The notes: generated by a model from the sequence alone, not told the origin. Numbered from the stretch's first letter, positions 14,113-27,532 are shown. The stretch: 64,000 nt of DNA from Lingula anatina (GCA_051362555.1 CM120643.1:18294848-18358847), one strand, 5' to 3'. A program made the numbers and translations.

Positions 14113-15490
14113 TTGCCATTGTCAGATACACGTATATAACGCAGAATATGACAATTTCATCTGACTGAACCCGAAATTCATTTTATTACGTTTTTTATTA
14201 ATGTTATTGCAAATCTTTTGTATATTGTTATTCACTGGATGAATATTCTAAATCCATAAATATTTTTTCAGGCAAAACGCCAAAAAGAAATAGTACTGAC
14301 TTTACCAAAAGAAGTTCTGTTTTCAATCAAATAAAACGTACCTTAAGATTTCCGCAGAATATATTTTTGACATCTCTTTTCGATGCAAGCAATGTGATTA
14401 TCAAACGGAAAGGAGCTCTCTTACGACGCGCTGGTTCTTTTATTGGCCGAAAGAGTGACGTAGAAGACTGTTGAAATAGCATAACGAACAAAACGACCCC
14501 ACCACTACAGGACCGTCGTCACAAAAGCGTAAACTGTGTCGGAGAGACATTATGAACATCTAACCACGTGCTGAGTATTCATCATCGATGTCTGTCGTGT
14601 TCAATCTTCACGCCTTTCTTGTTGACATGCGATTGATGTGAGTGAGCTTTTAGTCATTTTAAAGTGATGTTGTAATATCCCTGCTGACGAAAAAAAAAGT
14701 GTAAATACAATAGGCGGCGCAGAATAAGTGTTTGAGACACGTTACAACAGGACGTTTGAAAAAGTTCTTTTTGCATGCAAGTATAGGTATAGTAGGTAAG
14801 CACCAGAAAATTATTAAAACAATTCAGGAAAATATTCATTTCAGTGATGTTTTGTCTTATCCACCAAGTGCCGTCACCTTTTGTAAGATGGTCACACAAA
14901 AAACAAAACAAACAAAAAAAACAAGAGACCAAAATACCAAAGAGGCAGTGTTGCACATGGTGAACCATGTGAAGCAAATTACGGAGACAAGGAATAAGAA
15001 GGAATGGAAAAATACTGAACACATTGCTGGGCACGCAGTAGCGCAAACAGGAGACCACAGTGGGCTACGCTCCAACTTACCTCGGGAGGTTTTCCTTTTC
15101 CCTATACTCCCTCCACACACACGTGTAACAACTGAAACAAGACTAAGCCGTTTTTTTTTCTTTCCTTTTTTTGCCATTACTGTGCCGTAAATACAAGCAT
15201 TAAATTAAGCACTATTAAACATTTGTGTCGCTTCGCTCGACAAAATTCCATCATTGTCCCCCCTCCCAACCCCTTGGCAAAATTCAAAATCAACCAGTGC
15301 ATGCACATGATACCGAGGGAAGCAAAGCGTGGATTAAAACATACTGATAACATCCTGCCCAGCACGCTTTTTCTGTGTCATACCTCACGTGCGTTACTAA
15401 TGGACAGACGCATAAAGTGCGAGAGCGTAAAGCTAATTTCAAACGACCAATCTTATTATTTAATCTCCGTATCGATACGATCCATGCCCA

Positions 15491-15655
15491 AGGCTGACCA
15501 ATACCGTACAATCTGATACGGCGAACATGACTGACCCTTGGCGTATTTCTAGATTAAACCCTATTATACGTAGACTTCTCGAAAAGGCTGACCAATACCG
15601 CACAATCTGATACGGCGAACATGACTGACGCTTGGCGTATTTCTAGATTAAACCC
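15491..15655. repeat. Direct duplication of a ~71-bp unit, period 94 bp
   Basis: AGGCTGACCAATACCG(T/C)ACAATCTGATACGGCGAACATGACTGAC(C/G)CTTGGCGTATTTCTAGATTAAACCC at 15491 and 15585, 2 mismatches. Confidence 0.95.
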
Positions 15656-18487
15656 CGATAAAAAAGGGAGGTCAGACGCCCCCCCCCCCCACCCACCCAG
15701 ACTAATTCTCAGTCGCCTAGCCTGTTTTCAGTGTTAACAGTCATAACATTGCTTGACCCCCCCCGTTTCGTGATAATTTACTCTTAGTTGTTGAAGAGTT
15801 TTGTCCAGTCAGCATTTTCTAGTTATAATTCTTAACGCATATTAGTAATGTATTGATTTCATATCTTAAGCTTGATCTTTGTATTTTCGTATTTGCCTGC
15901 TTGCAGACTGACCAGGTAAGCATATTTGGATCGTCATTTATATCTAGGAAATTTGCCATATATTTATGCTTCCGTGCATACATGGTTGAAAACCGAGGTC
16001 AATTTATGAAAAATCACTATATTTCAATGGAAAAGTACATGTAATACATAATGTACTTATTTTATTTACACATGTATTTATACTTTTCAGTTTTATGATC
16101 ATTTTCTACCGCTATTTGTATCAAGACAAATCTTCGGCCATTAAGTTTATTTATTACGACAAGCTAGTGTCCGTATGTTTATACACATGCTGTCGCATCG
16201 CATCTCACGTTTGTGCTTGTTCACATGGCCGCTCACAAAAGATGTCAAGATAAATGAAAAGACAGAGTGATAGCTGACGAGCGTAAATTGAAAAAAAGAG
16301 AAGAAGCGGGTGTGTGATACGAGAAGCGACAAAGTGTAAAGCTGGACTTGCAAATTAGACTGTCCAGGCGTAATAAATACTCTCCAGGGTGGACGATGTG
16401 CTTTCATACCTCACTGACCGGTGTGTACTCACCAGAGATGAATAGAAAGAAACGTAGAGGCAGGTCTACTATATTTTCTATGAACATCTTTATGAGATGC
16501 TTTGATACATTGTACATACAAAGTGTGTTAAGATAAATGAATATCATTAAGAAAAAAATGGATAATGTTGAATTACTTATACACGGAAGAAGATGGATTG
16601 GAAAACAAATTAATGTACAATACAAATTGAACTAGTTGTAAGGAAAATGAGTAAGCACACGGATATAGTGTGAAATGCTCGGTAGACTCCCCACAAAAGA
16701 TATAAAAGAGAAGGAGTGTGGAAAAAACGAGGGAGAATACTTGTACACTTAAGTAAGCGATGAACGGAGTAAGAGGGGACAAAAGAGCGGGAGAGACCAT
16801 AGGACCCAAACTCACTTCTCATTCGGTTTTTGGGACACTCTCTTGAATGTAACTCACTCCTCTTTAATGTCAACAGATAAATGTTGTGAATGAGTCACTT
16901 GGTCCTTTCATTTAATGTTTGTTTAGGTTACGTGTTTACACCTTCCCGAACTTGTGTCCTCCAAACACTTAAAAAGCTGACATAGTAGGTTCGTAACTTT
17001 GATGACGGCATAATTTCAATGTGTTTAGTGCAGGTCATTTGGTAGCTCTTACCTGTGTGTGCATGCGTGCGTGTAAGTGTGTGGAATTAGTCATGGGTAC
17101 TTGCAGAAAAAATAAACCGTAATTAATCCATTTACTTGTTTTTTATTTAACGTTGTTTTTGGTAGCACAATCATTCTAAAGGGAAAAAAACATGATAACT
17201 AAAACACCCGCATACAGGATGGTGCAACGATCACACATATAACAACCCGCCAATCATCTTCGAACATTTTAAGAGAAATTCTTAATTATCTTTGGGGTCA
17301 GTCTCGGACGGTGCTGTACCATCTTAAAATATAAATGTGACCATCGAGAGAACACATAGCGCCGATAACACACGGCGTAGGGCCGCATTATTATTAGAGG
17401 CCAGAATATGTTTTATTATTTTATCAATAACGAGTGATAGTATTACTTTATTAATAAACATAGTGTACAGTCATAGGCCTCGAAACAAGTAGAAAATATC
17501 AGTTGTTTATGTAAGGCAATTATACTCGTAACTTATTCGCCCTGTCACCGTCGAGCGCCTTAAATAGAGTTAAACATAAACAGTTTATGATTCGCATTTT
17601 TGTTCAAATTTGTTTTCATTCTGTCAGTTTTCCCCCAGAGAACGAAATCGTTTTTCGTTTTGTCACAGCAGATATGGATCTATGAGCTCTACGTAATATA
17701 TTGTTGACTCAAGCAAAGTGATTGTTTTGGTGCGGCGGTCATGTGCCAGACTGGTTACAAAGGACCTTATTAGACCCGCTCTTATCCTTGGAAGGCATGT
17801 CCGATTATTTTTGTGATGGAAGCAAGAACCGTGACCAGATTGTTTAAAATGCTGAGACAACGTAGCATTTTTGGATATGGAGCCAGTACCTAGTGACACT
17901 ATCAGGCATTTTGTTTCAAACATGGCCGAAAAAATGTATCTATGTCTTAATGGCTTAATGTGATTTCAATAGTTCATACGGTCATGGTTTGCAAGTGTAT
18001 TGATTTGCTGTCGCCAATAATGGATACATTTACAAGCGTCAAGAACGAAAAAACATCAGTCAATTAATAAGTTAATTAATAAGATGGATGAATGAAATGA
18101 TGATTGAATTTTAGGAAACATGAAAAGATGTACGCTAAAATACCCCCCCCCCCCCCAATGCCGTTGCAGAAGGAAGTCGCCATAACTTACAGATACAGCA
18201 CAGCGCCTAGGAAAGCAAGTGGACACAGGTGTCCCCGTCATAACGTCTCTGTTAGACTCTCTCTTTCCAAAAAAGTGCATTAGTCTGGTAGATATACATG
18301 GATTGTTGAATTTATAATTCCACTGACAGTTTGTTATCTAATTACTTTCATACCGTCATAGACTATTTCGTGCCTGGACTTCGGTCTCTTATATCTAGTG
18401 TGTAGATTCGACCGTTACATGGGCGCTAAAATTGGAAAGACTTCATGTATGTATACTGAATTTTAAAACACACGGTGCGTTCATCTA

Positions 18488-20146
18488 CAGACTTGACATT
18501 TAATATGGAATATTTCAGTTTCAACGGTATGCTTAGGTAAAAATGCGTTCTTTTTTCATAAAACTCAGATCTCATATAAGACATCTGACTGGAGAAGTGT
18601 GAAGTCAGGTGTGTCGCTAACAATTAACTGACTACCAAGTCTGTTGCACTGCTGCATTGTGTAATATGCAGTGATTTAATTGGGTAGTGCTCCTTTGGCC
18701 TGGTCTAAGCAGGGCTTTGGCGAAGCATGGTTCCGTTAAAAAAGTATCCATATGTCAGCAACTACTACATAGAAGAATTTGAAATTTTGCATGCAAGCGG
18801 TCGGTTTTGCAGTGCGTAAAATGGGTTCAACAATGTTTTACAAAGTTGTTAATCTGTGCCAGAATGGCGCGAAAAAGACAGACATTGCAAGACAGATTAT
18901 TGTGGCAAACGGAATGGTCTACACAGTTCTATGGAGTTATGCCCAGACTGATGTATCTACACAGAGACCACGCCCAATGTATTGACATTTTACCACCAGG
19001 GCACAGGACTCACTGTCCTTCAGGATATGCTGCTGCAACTAAACAAAAGCCACCCAGTCCGTTCAGAATGAGGGGCAAATTGTGACCAAAACGCGTTTTT
19101 CAAGGCTCTTAGCGAATACCAAACTGGTTTTAGCAGGTTAGAATACCAAACGACCTCTGAGAAAGCCACTGTAAACAGCAAAACAACGTCGTCAGTTTCT
19201 CTTATGAATTGAGGACCATGACCGTTTCTGGGTAGAACACTGAAACCGCGTGGCTTTCTTTATTGAGGTCAGATTTCACCTGTAACGCTTAACTGGTCAA
19301 AACAGAGTTTACAGACATCCTGAAGAGGCCTACGACAAGGCGTGTGTCGCTTCTAAAGTGACTAGGGTCATTGGCATCGTCAGTATTTGGAGTGGATACC
19401 ACATTGGTGCCAAAACACCAATGGTAGTCATTGATGAAAACCTAAACCAGATGAAATAAAGGAATAATCTAGGAACCATTTGACTATCATTTGATAGGGG
19501 GCACCTTAGGAACAATTTTAGGTTGCACGATGAGACTTCCCGTTCACACAGAGCACTTTTAATAGCAGATAACTTACAGAACCAAGGGATTGAGCAGATA
19601 CATTGGTCATCAAAATCGCCATATTTGAACCACATAGACAATACGTGGGTAGGTTATTACTCGCCGAATCAACGGCCTGCATGTCCTACAACAATTCTGA
19701 ACCAAATTGGACAAGTTTTGACCGTTGCTTGGATTTTTTTCCAGATTAAACTCTTAAAACCTATCCTAAGGAATGCCTTGCCGCTTGAAAGCTCTGGTAG
19801 CAGCCAGATGAGGTCAGGTGTAACAGCGACCGTTGCTGTGGCAAGACACTGACATGAGGGTCCTTTGTGGGCGTGTAACTCTTTTAAAGACGATAATTTG
19901 GAAAATAGGGAGATCCAAAATACCGCTTTCAATGGTTGTCGTACGACTTAAAATAGGCAATGCATTTTTGTTTGCTTCACTGGCGAATTCAATTAATGAA
20001 CTGATGTCACAATGACATCAAAGAGATACATAAAAGTTATTAAAACATGATTTTAATCTCAATTTCCATTCATCAGTCAGCAAAATAGGAAAAAACTGAT
20101 GAAAAATAATTTGGAAAAAAATATTCCACATTAAATGTCAAGTCTG
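18488..20146 (+). mobile_element. Full-length degenerate Tc1 (DD34E-type) DNA transposon
   Basis: 28-bp TIR CAGACTTGACATTTAAT(A/G)TGGAATATTT at both ends with TA target duplication (18486-7 / 20147-8); length 1659 bp. Broken transposase: HTH-like VVNLCQNGAKKTDIARQ, then NRVAFFIEVRFHL (cf. FSDESRF), VSIWSG, and HDETSRSH...WSSKSPYLNHIDNTW (cf. WPxxSPDLNPIExxW). Confidence 0.95.
18821..19780 (+). pseudogene. Tc1 transposase pseudogene (stops, frameshifts, catalytic triad altered)
   Basis: ORF-track fragments 18779-18985 and 19523-19852 plus manual translation of 19196-19530 with several in-frame stops. Confidence 0.88.
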
Positions 20147-20595
20147 TATGTACCTAGAGCCCATAAAACGATTTGTTTCGCCTAGAATACAGACAAAAGA
20201 CAGGTTATTTATTTTTTCATGACAAATACCAGCATACACGACATGTAACATCCTTGATATAATTCTCCCAAGGGTGTTCCTTAGATTTATTCGGGGGAAC
20301 ATGTTACGGAATATTAAAAAAATGCATGAAAAACGGGTGTACCTATGTAAGTCGGCTTGCGTGCAAATAGGCTATTGTGCAGGTTCTGGATTTTTTTTAA
20401 ACAAATGGTGGATATTAAGGGTGAAACTTAAGTTCATACATGCTTCCCAGTAATTAATTAAAATTAAAATTGTGTTCTCTATAAAAAAATGAATTAACGA
20501 TAACTTTCATTTTGTTGATACATCAATACAAACTTATGTTACTGTACGTTTTTCAATTTAAATTCAACGTTGAAATCTCATTTACAGAGCAAATG

Positions 20596-20745
20596 TTGAG
20601 TAAGCACCAAGCAAATATTGAGCAATCATGTGATAATGACGTCAGATTTCACGAAACAGACGTGTGGTGCTAGTATATATCTTAAGTATTGCGCAAGCGC
20701 TGTCATGCCTTGTCTGGCGCATTATGCTCATGGCTACAGGTATGA
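20596..20745 (+). promoter_or_regulatory. Candidate bZIP-responsive enhancer/promoter (CRE + C/EBP-type sites + TATA-like)
   Basis: TTGAGTAA (~20596), ATTGAGCAAT (~20617), perfect CRE TGACGTCA (20637-20644), TATATAT (~20674), ATTGCGCAA (20688-20696) and a possible donor CAG|gtatga (~20740). Motif clustering only. Confidence 0.3.
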
Positions 20746-20983
20746 ATGACATACAACTCTGAGTGCGATCAATGTTCAAGGCCAGACAGATCAAATCACT
20801 CACCTGGAAATGTACACACTACTCTTTTGTTCAGAAATACACACGTCATGAAAATGATGCCAGTTTACGATGTTGAAATAGAAGGCAAAGCAGTTAACTG
20901 TAATTAATTCTCTTTTAAATCTTATTCCATTTTAACACACATTTAATGTATTGCAAAGAGAGTACAATAAACCCTTACTACAG

Positions 20984-20998
20984 TATTATTATTATTAT

Positions 20999-21039
<41 letters not shown>

Positions 21040-21082
21040 ATAGTAGTAGAAATAGCAGTAACAGTGGCAGTAGGGGTAGTAT
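20984..21082. repeat. Compound (TAT)n/(TAG)n microsatellite with degenerate tail
   Basis: Trinucleotide runs; explains the spurious poly-S and poly-T ORFs. Confidence 0.95.
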
Positions 21083-21974
21083 TAGTACAAAATGCAAGAG
21101 AATTGCACATTGTATTTTTGGGTTCAAATATCAACTAAGAAGCAATGTCATTGTATCTAAATCTATTCAACATCGAATCAACATCGATCACAACTCTGAA
21201 TAGTCATCGTGAAAATAAAACGTTTCTTTTGCTGTTGTTGTTGTTGTTGCTGTTGTTGTTTATCTACACCCCAACCAAATTTCATAGCAAAAAAGAGATT
21301 GCTTAGCAGCCTGAGGTGGGTGGGGTAGCAAGCACCATCACGCCCTATTTTAATGTACTAGATCCACTCATTGACACTGTGCATATCGACTTATGCTCAA
21401 ACCACTAATAAGAACAAGTATATATATCAAGGCACTTTTTTCATTGATACTAAAAGATGGGCCAACCTACTCATAATGACACTGAGATTTTTTTTCTAAA
21501 GGGTCAAGTGACCTTCCACCGACAGGTCCCAATTTAAAACATGTATTACAGAAAAGCTTTTATATAATCCAAAGGTCTTTTTGTCTGCACGCAAAATCCG
21601 CATAGCATTCCTGAGAACTGTCCCCATATTATATACTGGAACAGGCTGTTGCGACATCCCCTTTTTCCCAATTATTATAAAGTACTTGTTGCAGTTTCAA
21701 GGTTAAATCTTGGTTTTAAAAAAATTCACGCTGGTACGGGCAGTTGGAGAGGTCTCTGAGACACGGCGAATCTCGTGAGAATTCCATGTGAAATAAAAGA
21801 CAGATACTAACAGGCTGCGTATATGTATGATGTATAAGGACAAATCAGGTAAGATATAATGACAGCTAAATTCAGGGTTAATGGCAAAGCGGTCACGTGT
21901 CCGCCCCTCAACTTCTGCAATATACCCTTCTCCCCCTCCCCCTGCCAAAAAATCATTAACATTTTTCCATCATT

Positions 21975-22342
21975 CAGGCCTACCCAACTACCAGACTCGG
22001 CACCTAAGGATCCTGAATTAACTTTACGACATTCGGTTTGAATGCTTTAACCACTTTTGATAGGGCTTTTTTGCATTGTATTAGATTAATGTGGCAGTCT
22101 AAGGTTCATCTAGGTGGCTTTCAAATTTATGCGCCCGGTTTTAAAATCATATAGCGATTTTACGACAATCGTTTACTATCCAATCAAGGTGACAGCCGAG
22201 CATGCCAGGGCTCATCCTGTCGGTGTTATGGCTGATACTCCGAAATGCGATCTGACACACACCTTGAAAACGGGTAGTGTGGTCCGATATACCGGTTAAT
22301 TCAGGATCCTTAGGTGCCGAGTCTGGTAGTTGGGTAGGCCTG
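21975..22342. mobile_element. CAGGCC-MITE copy 2, internally deleted (368 bp)
   Basis: Same termini as 12665-13363. The left TIR is truncated after ~48 bp and fused to sequence matching 13046 onward; the right arm is complete. 6-bp TSD ATCATT (21969-21974 / 22343-22348). Confidence 0.93.
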
Positions 22343-23906
22343 ATCATTGAATACTACATATTGCAGTCAAATTGTGCCCGTCTGCTTTTCACCACTCCTA
22401 CTGGTACATAATCCCTACATGTACCTCTCTGACCTCCCCCCCCCCCCCCCCCTCCACCGCCTTAGCAAAACCGTTGACCCACCAGCTGAATTGGGATGCG
22501 CATTGCAGCTGAATTCAAATGTTGTCAGGAAAGACAAAATATATTCTAAGCACTTTATTACAGAGTTAAGAAACAATGTGAACAAACCGTCATGAGAACA
22601 ATCTCTACACCCACCTTTATTTTCAGGGAAAAGGTTCTTATAGCTCTACTTCCATGAACGAAGAACGTAGAACTAGTTTGTAGCAAATTAAGTAAAACAC
22701 ACCATCTGCCAACAAATTCAAGCAAGCTTTTCTTTTTTAAGGCGGGAGGGGGGCAGCTATTTTAACTATTTTCTATATCAAACCCTTATTTCTTATTGCT
22801 AAGAGCATATCTCTAACTTAATAGTTTTAATGAATTTGTCCAGATATAAACTCTGACAATAATATAACATACGGACAATCCGTCGCTATTTTTCATCATG
22901 ATATGTTACAAGATATTTCACAGACACAAGCTATGTGTTTGATCTTGCATGTGACAATTACCTTGAAATCATATCACTTTATCTGCGCTACTACTGTCAC
23001 GTGATGTTTGTGAATTCCCTTGGAATGGCAAAAATCTTATCGGTGTGTTTTATTGTTATGTATTTGAGATGTATTTCAGAAACCTCAACTTATTTAACAA
23101 AAGGACAAATAAAATATACATAACAAAATAAGGATATTTGCCTGAACGATACATAACCTTTCATATAAAAGGAATGAGGATTTTATAAATGTTTTTTTTA
23201 GTTAATGTTCCTTCGACCTGTAAAAAAAATACTGAAACTTTCACACCTAGAATGATCCTCAATCAGTACCGTGCTGTTCACGCATGCGTAAAACCGAGGT
23301 GCCACTCGCCTAATTTAGTGACGACTTCTAACCCTGATCCTGGCACAATTACCTCTGACGTGCACCTTGTTTGTAAACTATTTCGGAGGTGTGGGTATTG
23401 CAAGAATGTTATTGTTTGCATTGCTGAAAATGCGGAAGTTGTTTATTTTGAAAAAAAGGTGAACCGTTCGTGGCATGACGCAAATGCATGTTAGGCTTAT
23501 AAAAGAAATAGAGAAATCGGAAAAAAGAACACATATCAAACACAATTTGATATTCTTATGAGAATTTGAGTCCTTTATGTACTTGAAAACCTCTCGAACA
23601 CGGAGGAAGGTAGATGGTTTCAGAAAAAGAAACGGCTCAGCTAATTTGTAAGAGAAAGCCCGAGTGGTTGAATTTTCTATATATCTTATTGACTTCTGTC
23701 ACTTGTAATTTCCATCTACACGCAAAGCAGTTACTTGACCCTAGGTTACACTTGCCAAGGGCACCTTACGATGGAACCGTATTCGTTTTTTTTTTTTTTT
23801 TTTGTGCGAGATTTTTTTCATCGTAAGTGGCTACGGCCATACGCCGAGTATGATTTCATTAATACGAGCGCCATGTCATTTTCCCCATTGCACCATACTG
23901 TCAGTT

Positions 23907-23939
<33 letters not shown>

Positions 23940-26900
23940 GTCGTTGAAAAGTGATTTTACGGAGCCCTGTCTACCTCATTGTAATTGCCGTAACCTTCCT
24001 GACTGATTGATGGTTTGTGTTTTTAGCACCCACTTTGCCCAAATAAGGAGACACGCTGTTTCAAATTCATACACATTAATGTGACTAGGTTTTAAACATA
24101 TTAAATACTGTTATGCCTCCGAAAACCACCATAGAGGTAAGGGAAAGAGGACCAAAATGACAATAACAGGTTCACCCATAACATCGTACTACGATCACCA
24201 CTAATCTACCGAGAAATGCCGGTTGGGAACTGTGCAGATATTGCTACGGCCTACTGGCTTACGATTTTCAAAAAAAAAAAGTCAAAAGCTTCAATTTGAC
24301 AAACTGTAGATTCAGGGACTTTTGTAGGCCTGCCACGTATAAGAGACCAAAAATGACCAGGACGTTCAATGGAGTAAATGGAATTGTGTTTTGTACGTGT
24401 CACTTTTGATCAGTCAACCCCTCGGTAATCTTAGTTAGGTTGGTTTAACATGTACACAATAAAACGCATTTTTAAAAATCGACCACCATGTCTTAACATC
24501 CTGTGAACCACCTGTCAACGACCTGGGCAGTCACTAAGCCTTATTGAGCCTCCAACGGCCCTGAGAGACCCAAGGGATGTCTTCCTGTGTGAAAGTAGCA
24601 ATGTACTTTTTCTGCGGGTAATTATAAAAAGTAATGTTGACATTGTTTTGGTCCTGACTTACATGATTGAAGAAGCACCAGTTTACACAAATATTTCTTC
24701 ATCACGAATAGCTTTTGGCAAGGGTGCGTTACTTCTTGTCACAACACGATCTTTCAAGGTCTTAGGCTACATGTACAAGATATGTGATTAATGATCCAGG
24801 TCATCAAATAAATGCGCTCAATAGGGCATGGTTCTTATGAAGCTTGACGCTGTATAGTATAATATATATATATAGCTCAATACTGTGTAGTATAATGATA
24901 AATATATGATAAGTATAGGTATGTAGCAAAACTTTGCCACTGGTATACGAAAACCCACTAAAAAGTCGCTAGCACAACTGAAGTCTGCAAATTCATCAGT
25001 CACGCGTCAAACGCCACTTTAAGTTGTCAACTGACCTTACACGTGTATCGTGTTGTTGGGGAAAAGACATTTCTTTGTACGACAAGCAACTGGGTGTAAT
25101 ATAAAGGGACAGCAGACCATCGTTGCATAACTACAAATCAAAGGTGATGTCGCCTGGTTGTTATTCCGGTGAACGACCCGCTAATGTAAAAGCATTAAAA
25201 CAAAGACGCACTTTGTTTGAACAAGGATTCAACATGTCGCAATAATATGTAATCCTAGGTTTGAATAAACTGGAATAATATAACCTTCAATTGTTACTTA
25301 ATTGAAAAAATATCGAAAACGATAAACAAAAACTGATTCGCTTTTCATGAATTCAACCGATTCTTTTTTCACCCTCCAGTTTATGACAAAAATATCTTCA
25401 GGATGAAATGAGAAATGGTTACAATTATGATAACACCGTCTACGAGTGGCGATAAAAACAGAAAAGAAAAGCAAAGAATTTAAAAACAGTACTTACAGTG
25501 GCAAACGCATTGTGAAGTTCCTTTCTTTTGCTTGCTAATGTTTTTTCTTATCATTTATAACTTGGAAAACGGTAAAATAATGCTGCTCACTCCAGTCGCT
25601 AGAGACCAAAGTGGGTCTTGGACAAGGGTATCAGCTTTTTACGTTGGTTCAGCAGTTCGCATGGCAACACTACATGCGTGCGCAGGTGGATGGGTATTAA
25701 TTGCAATCGCAAAACAATGTTAAAGTCAGGACACGATGAAACATTAACATTCTGCCCGCGCAACTTCTATTAGATATTGTTTAACGACACGAACATGTCA
25801 ACAAGATTAAAGGGCCACACTGTTATTGTGACCTCTTTTATTGGATGTTTTAATGAGCGCTAATATAACAAAAAACTAGGTGTCAAACGGTCGGGCACTT
25901 GTCCAGTCTATTATATGAAAATATTTTATTGTAATAAATAATTCCCAGGTTAGGCTCAGACAATATCGCCTGAGCTACGCCGACGGCTGTTAAGTGACAA
26001 GAGTTATCTCATGTCAACATTGATAACAGATTTTCTAATTCACAAAGACGAATAAAACTACTGCCGATTTTTCATCAGCTTTCGGGGGTGCTGTTTTTTT
26101 TTTTTTTTTTTTTTTTTTTCGTGTTTTGTATTAAAGACATGTCCTCGTTAATTATTTGGGTGGAAATCTTGTCCTGTATTAACTTGCAATTATGTTGTCG
26201 CGTTCATGCATGGAAATATATGGATATTTACACTCTTCGTCAAAATGATGGAATATTCCAAAAGAGTATTGCATCTACGATTTAAAATTATAAAAATTTA
26301 TTATAATTCCATGTTCTTCCTTCTAGTTACAGTATATTTGGGGATTTTTATTCCTATGGGTACCTTCCAGTGATCAACTTTAAATTTGTGGAATTTTCGA
26401 TAATTTATAGAGATAATCAAATTTTATGTTTAAGAAAGCAGGTATTAGAGTAGAAAAGCGGAGGCACCCAAAGGCAGTACTGTACCATTAAGAATTTAAT
26501 CACGTCCAAGTGTCATCCTAGTATTTTGAAATTTATTTACACCTGGTAAATAGCTACTATATAGACACTTCATGGGCAGGATGTGAACAAAAGTTGTTGG
26601 TGTCACCTGATTAAACCTAAGTGAGTCTTAGTCTATTATTCTTTGAATAATGATTACATTTTTGGAACCACCAATTAAAGTTTAACGAAACATTTGCGAA
26701 TGTGTTAACATCAACTTTCGACATACCCCAGTAAACGCACAAAGTTCTCTTAAGAGAAATGTCTTTCCATTTTCGGTGGAAAGTTTTTGTTTATTCTTTC
26801 AAAAGTGGGTAAGTTAGTTTTGTGAAGAGAGTGTAATTGTTCATACATGTATTTCATCGCTCATTTTACCTGGTATCATTGGTTTTGTGATTACTTGTCA

Positions 26901-27532
26901 AGTAATACGTTGTACTACCCCCCCCCCCCCCCCCCTCTTCCCGCCTTGGAACTTTTTCAATGAGAAATTTTAACAATATATGTATGAGTGCAACCTTAGC
27001 GAGGGGCATGAAAATGTTGATCATTCAAAAGAAACTAAAGAAAAAACATGTCCTTCCCTCGCTTAGATTTCGTTCGACGTATTTTATTAAACAGATGATA
27101 CTTGCGCTGAAACAGTCATAGGAAAGGTAAAATTTGGACATGTGTCTGACATATATCGTACCTCAAAATGTCTCTCAAATATATTTGGCTCTAGGTCACT
27201 ACGCGGTCAACTATTTCCACAGGTTTTTGATGTTTTAACACAAACGGGTCTTGTCTCTCCGCTAACGCCAGACATTTGACGTCCTATCAATTACGCCACT
27301 TTCACAAAGAGGTCCATCCAAGCAAAGATTCTGAAACTCACTGTGATATAAAGGTCTTACCACTTATTGTTGCTGACCAATCGTGTCGGACCCTCTGGCC
27401 CTCAGGGATAGGTTGGGTGCATTTGCGTTTGTAATGGTCTGCACTTTTCATCTTTGCACGGGCACGTCGCATATTAATTTATTTTTCTTTTTGTTCAAGC
27501 CATAAAGTTTTTATCCTAAATGCATTTTTATA

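Noticed and set aside
14654-15190. Overlapping ORFs of 106-152 aa and a strong minus-strand donor GAG|gtaagt at 15080
   Set aside because: Low-complexity A/T-run-derived peptides with no recognisable domain. The ATG-to-donor segment is phase 1, incompatible with coding fusion to the SLC26 exon; a UTR exon cannot be excluded.
15491-15655. CRISPR-like repeat-spacer-repeat
   Set aside because: Only two repeats, 71 bp long, in a eukaryotic context with no cas genes
12432-22347. Four short ORFs sharing the peptide RP(N/T)QLPDSAPKDPELTGISDHTTRFQGVCQIA
   Set aside because: They are translations of the MITE terminal inverted repeats, not a peptide gene family
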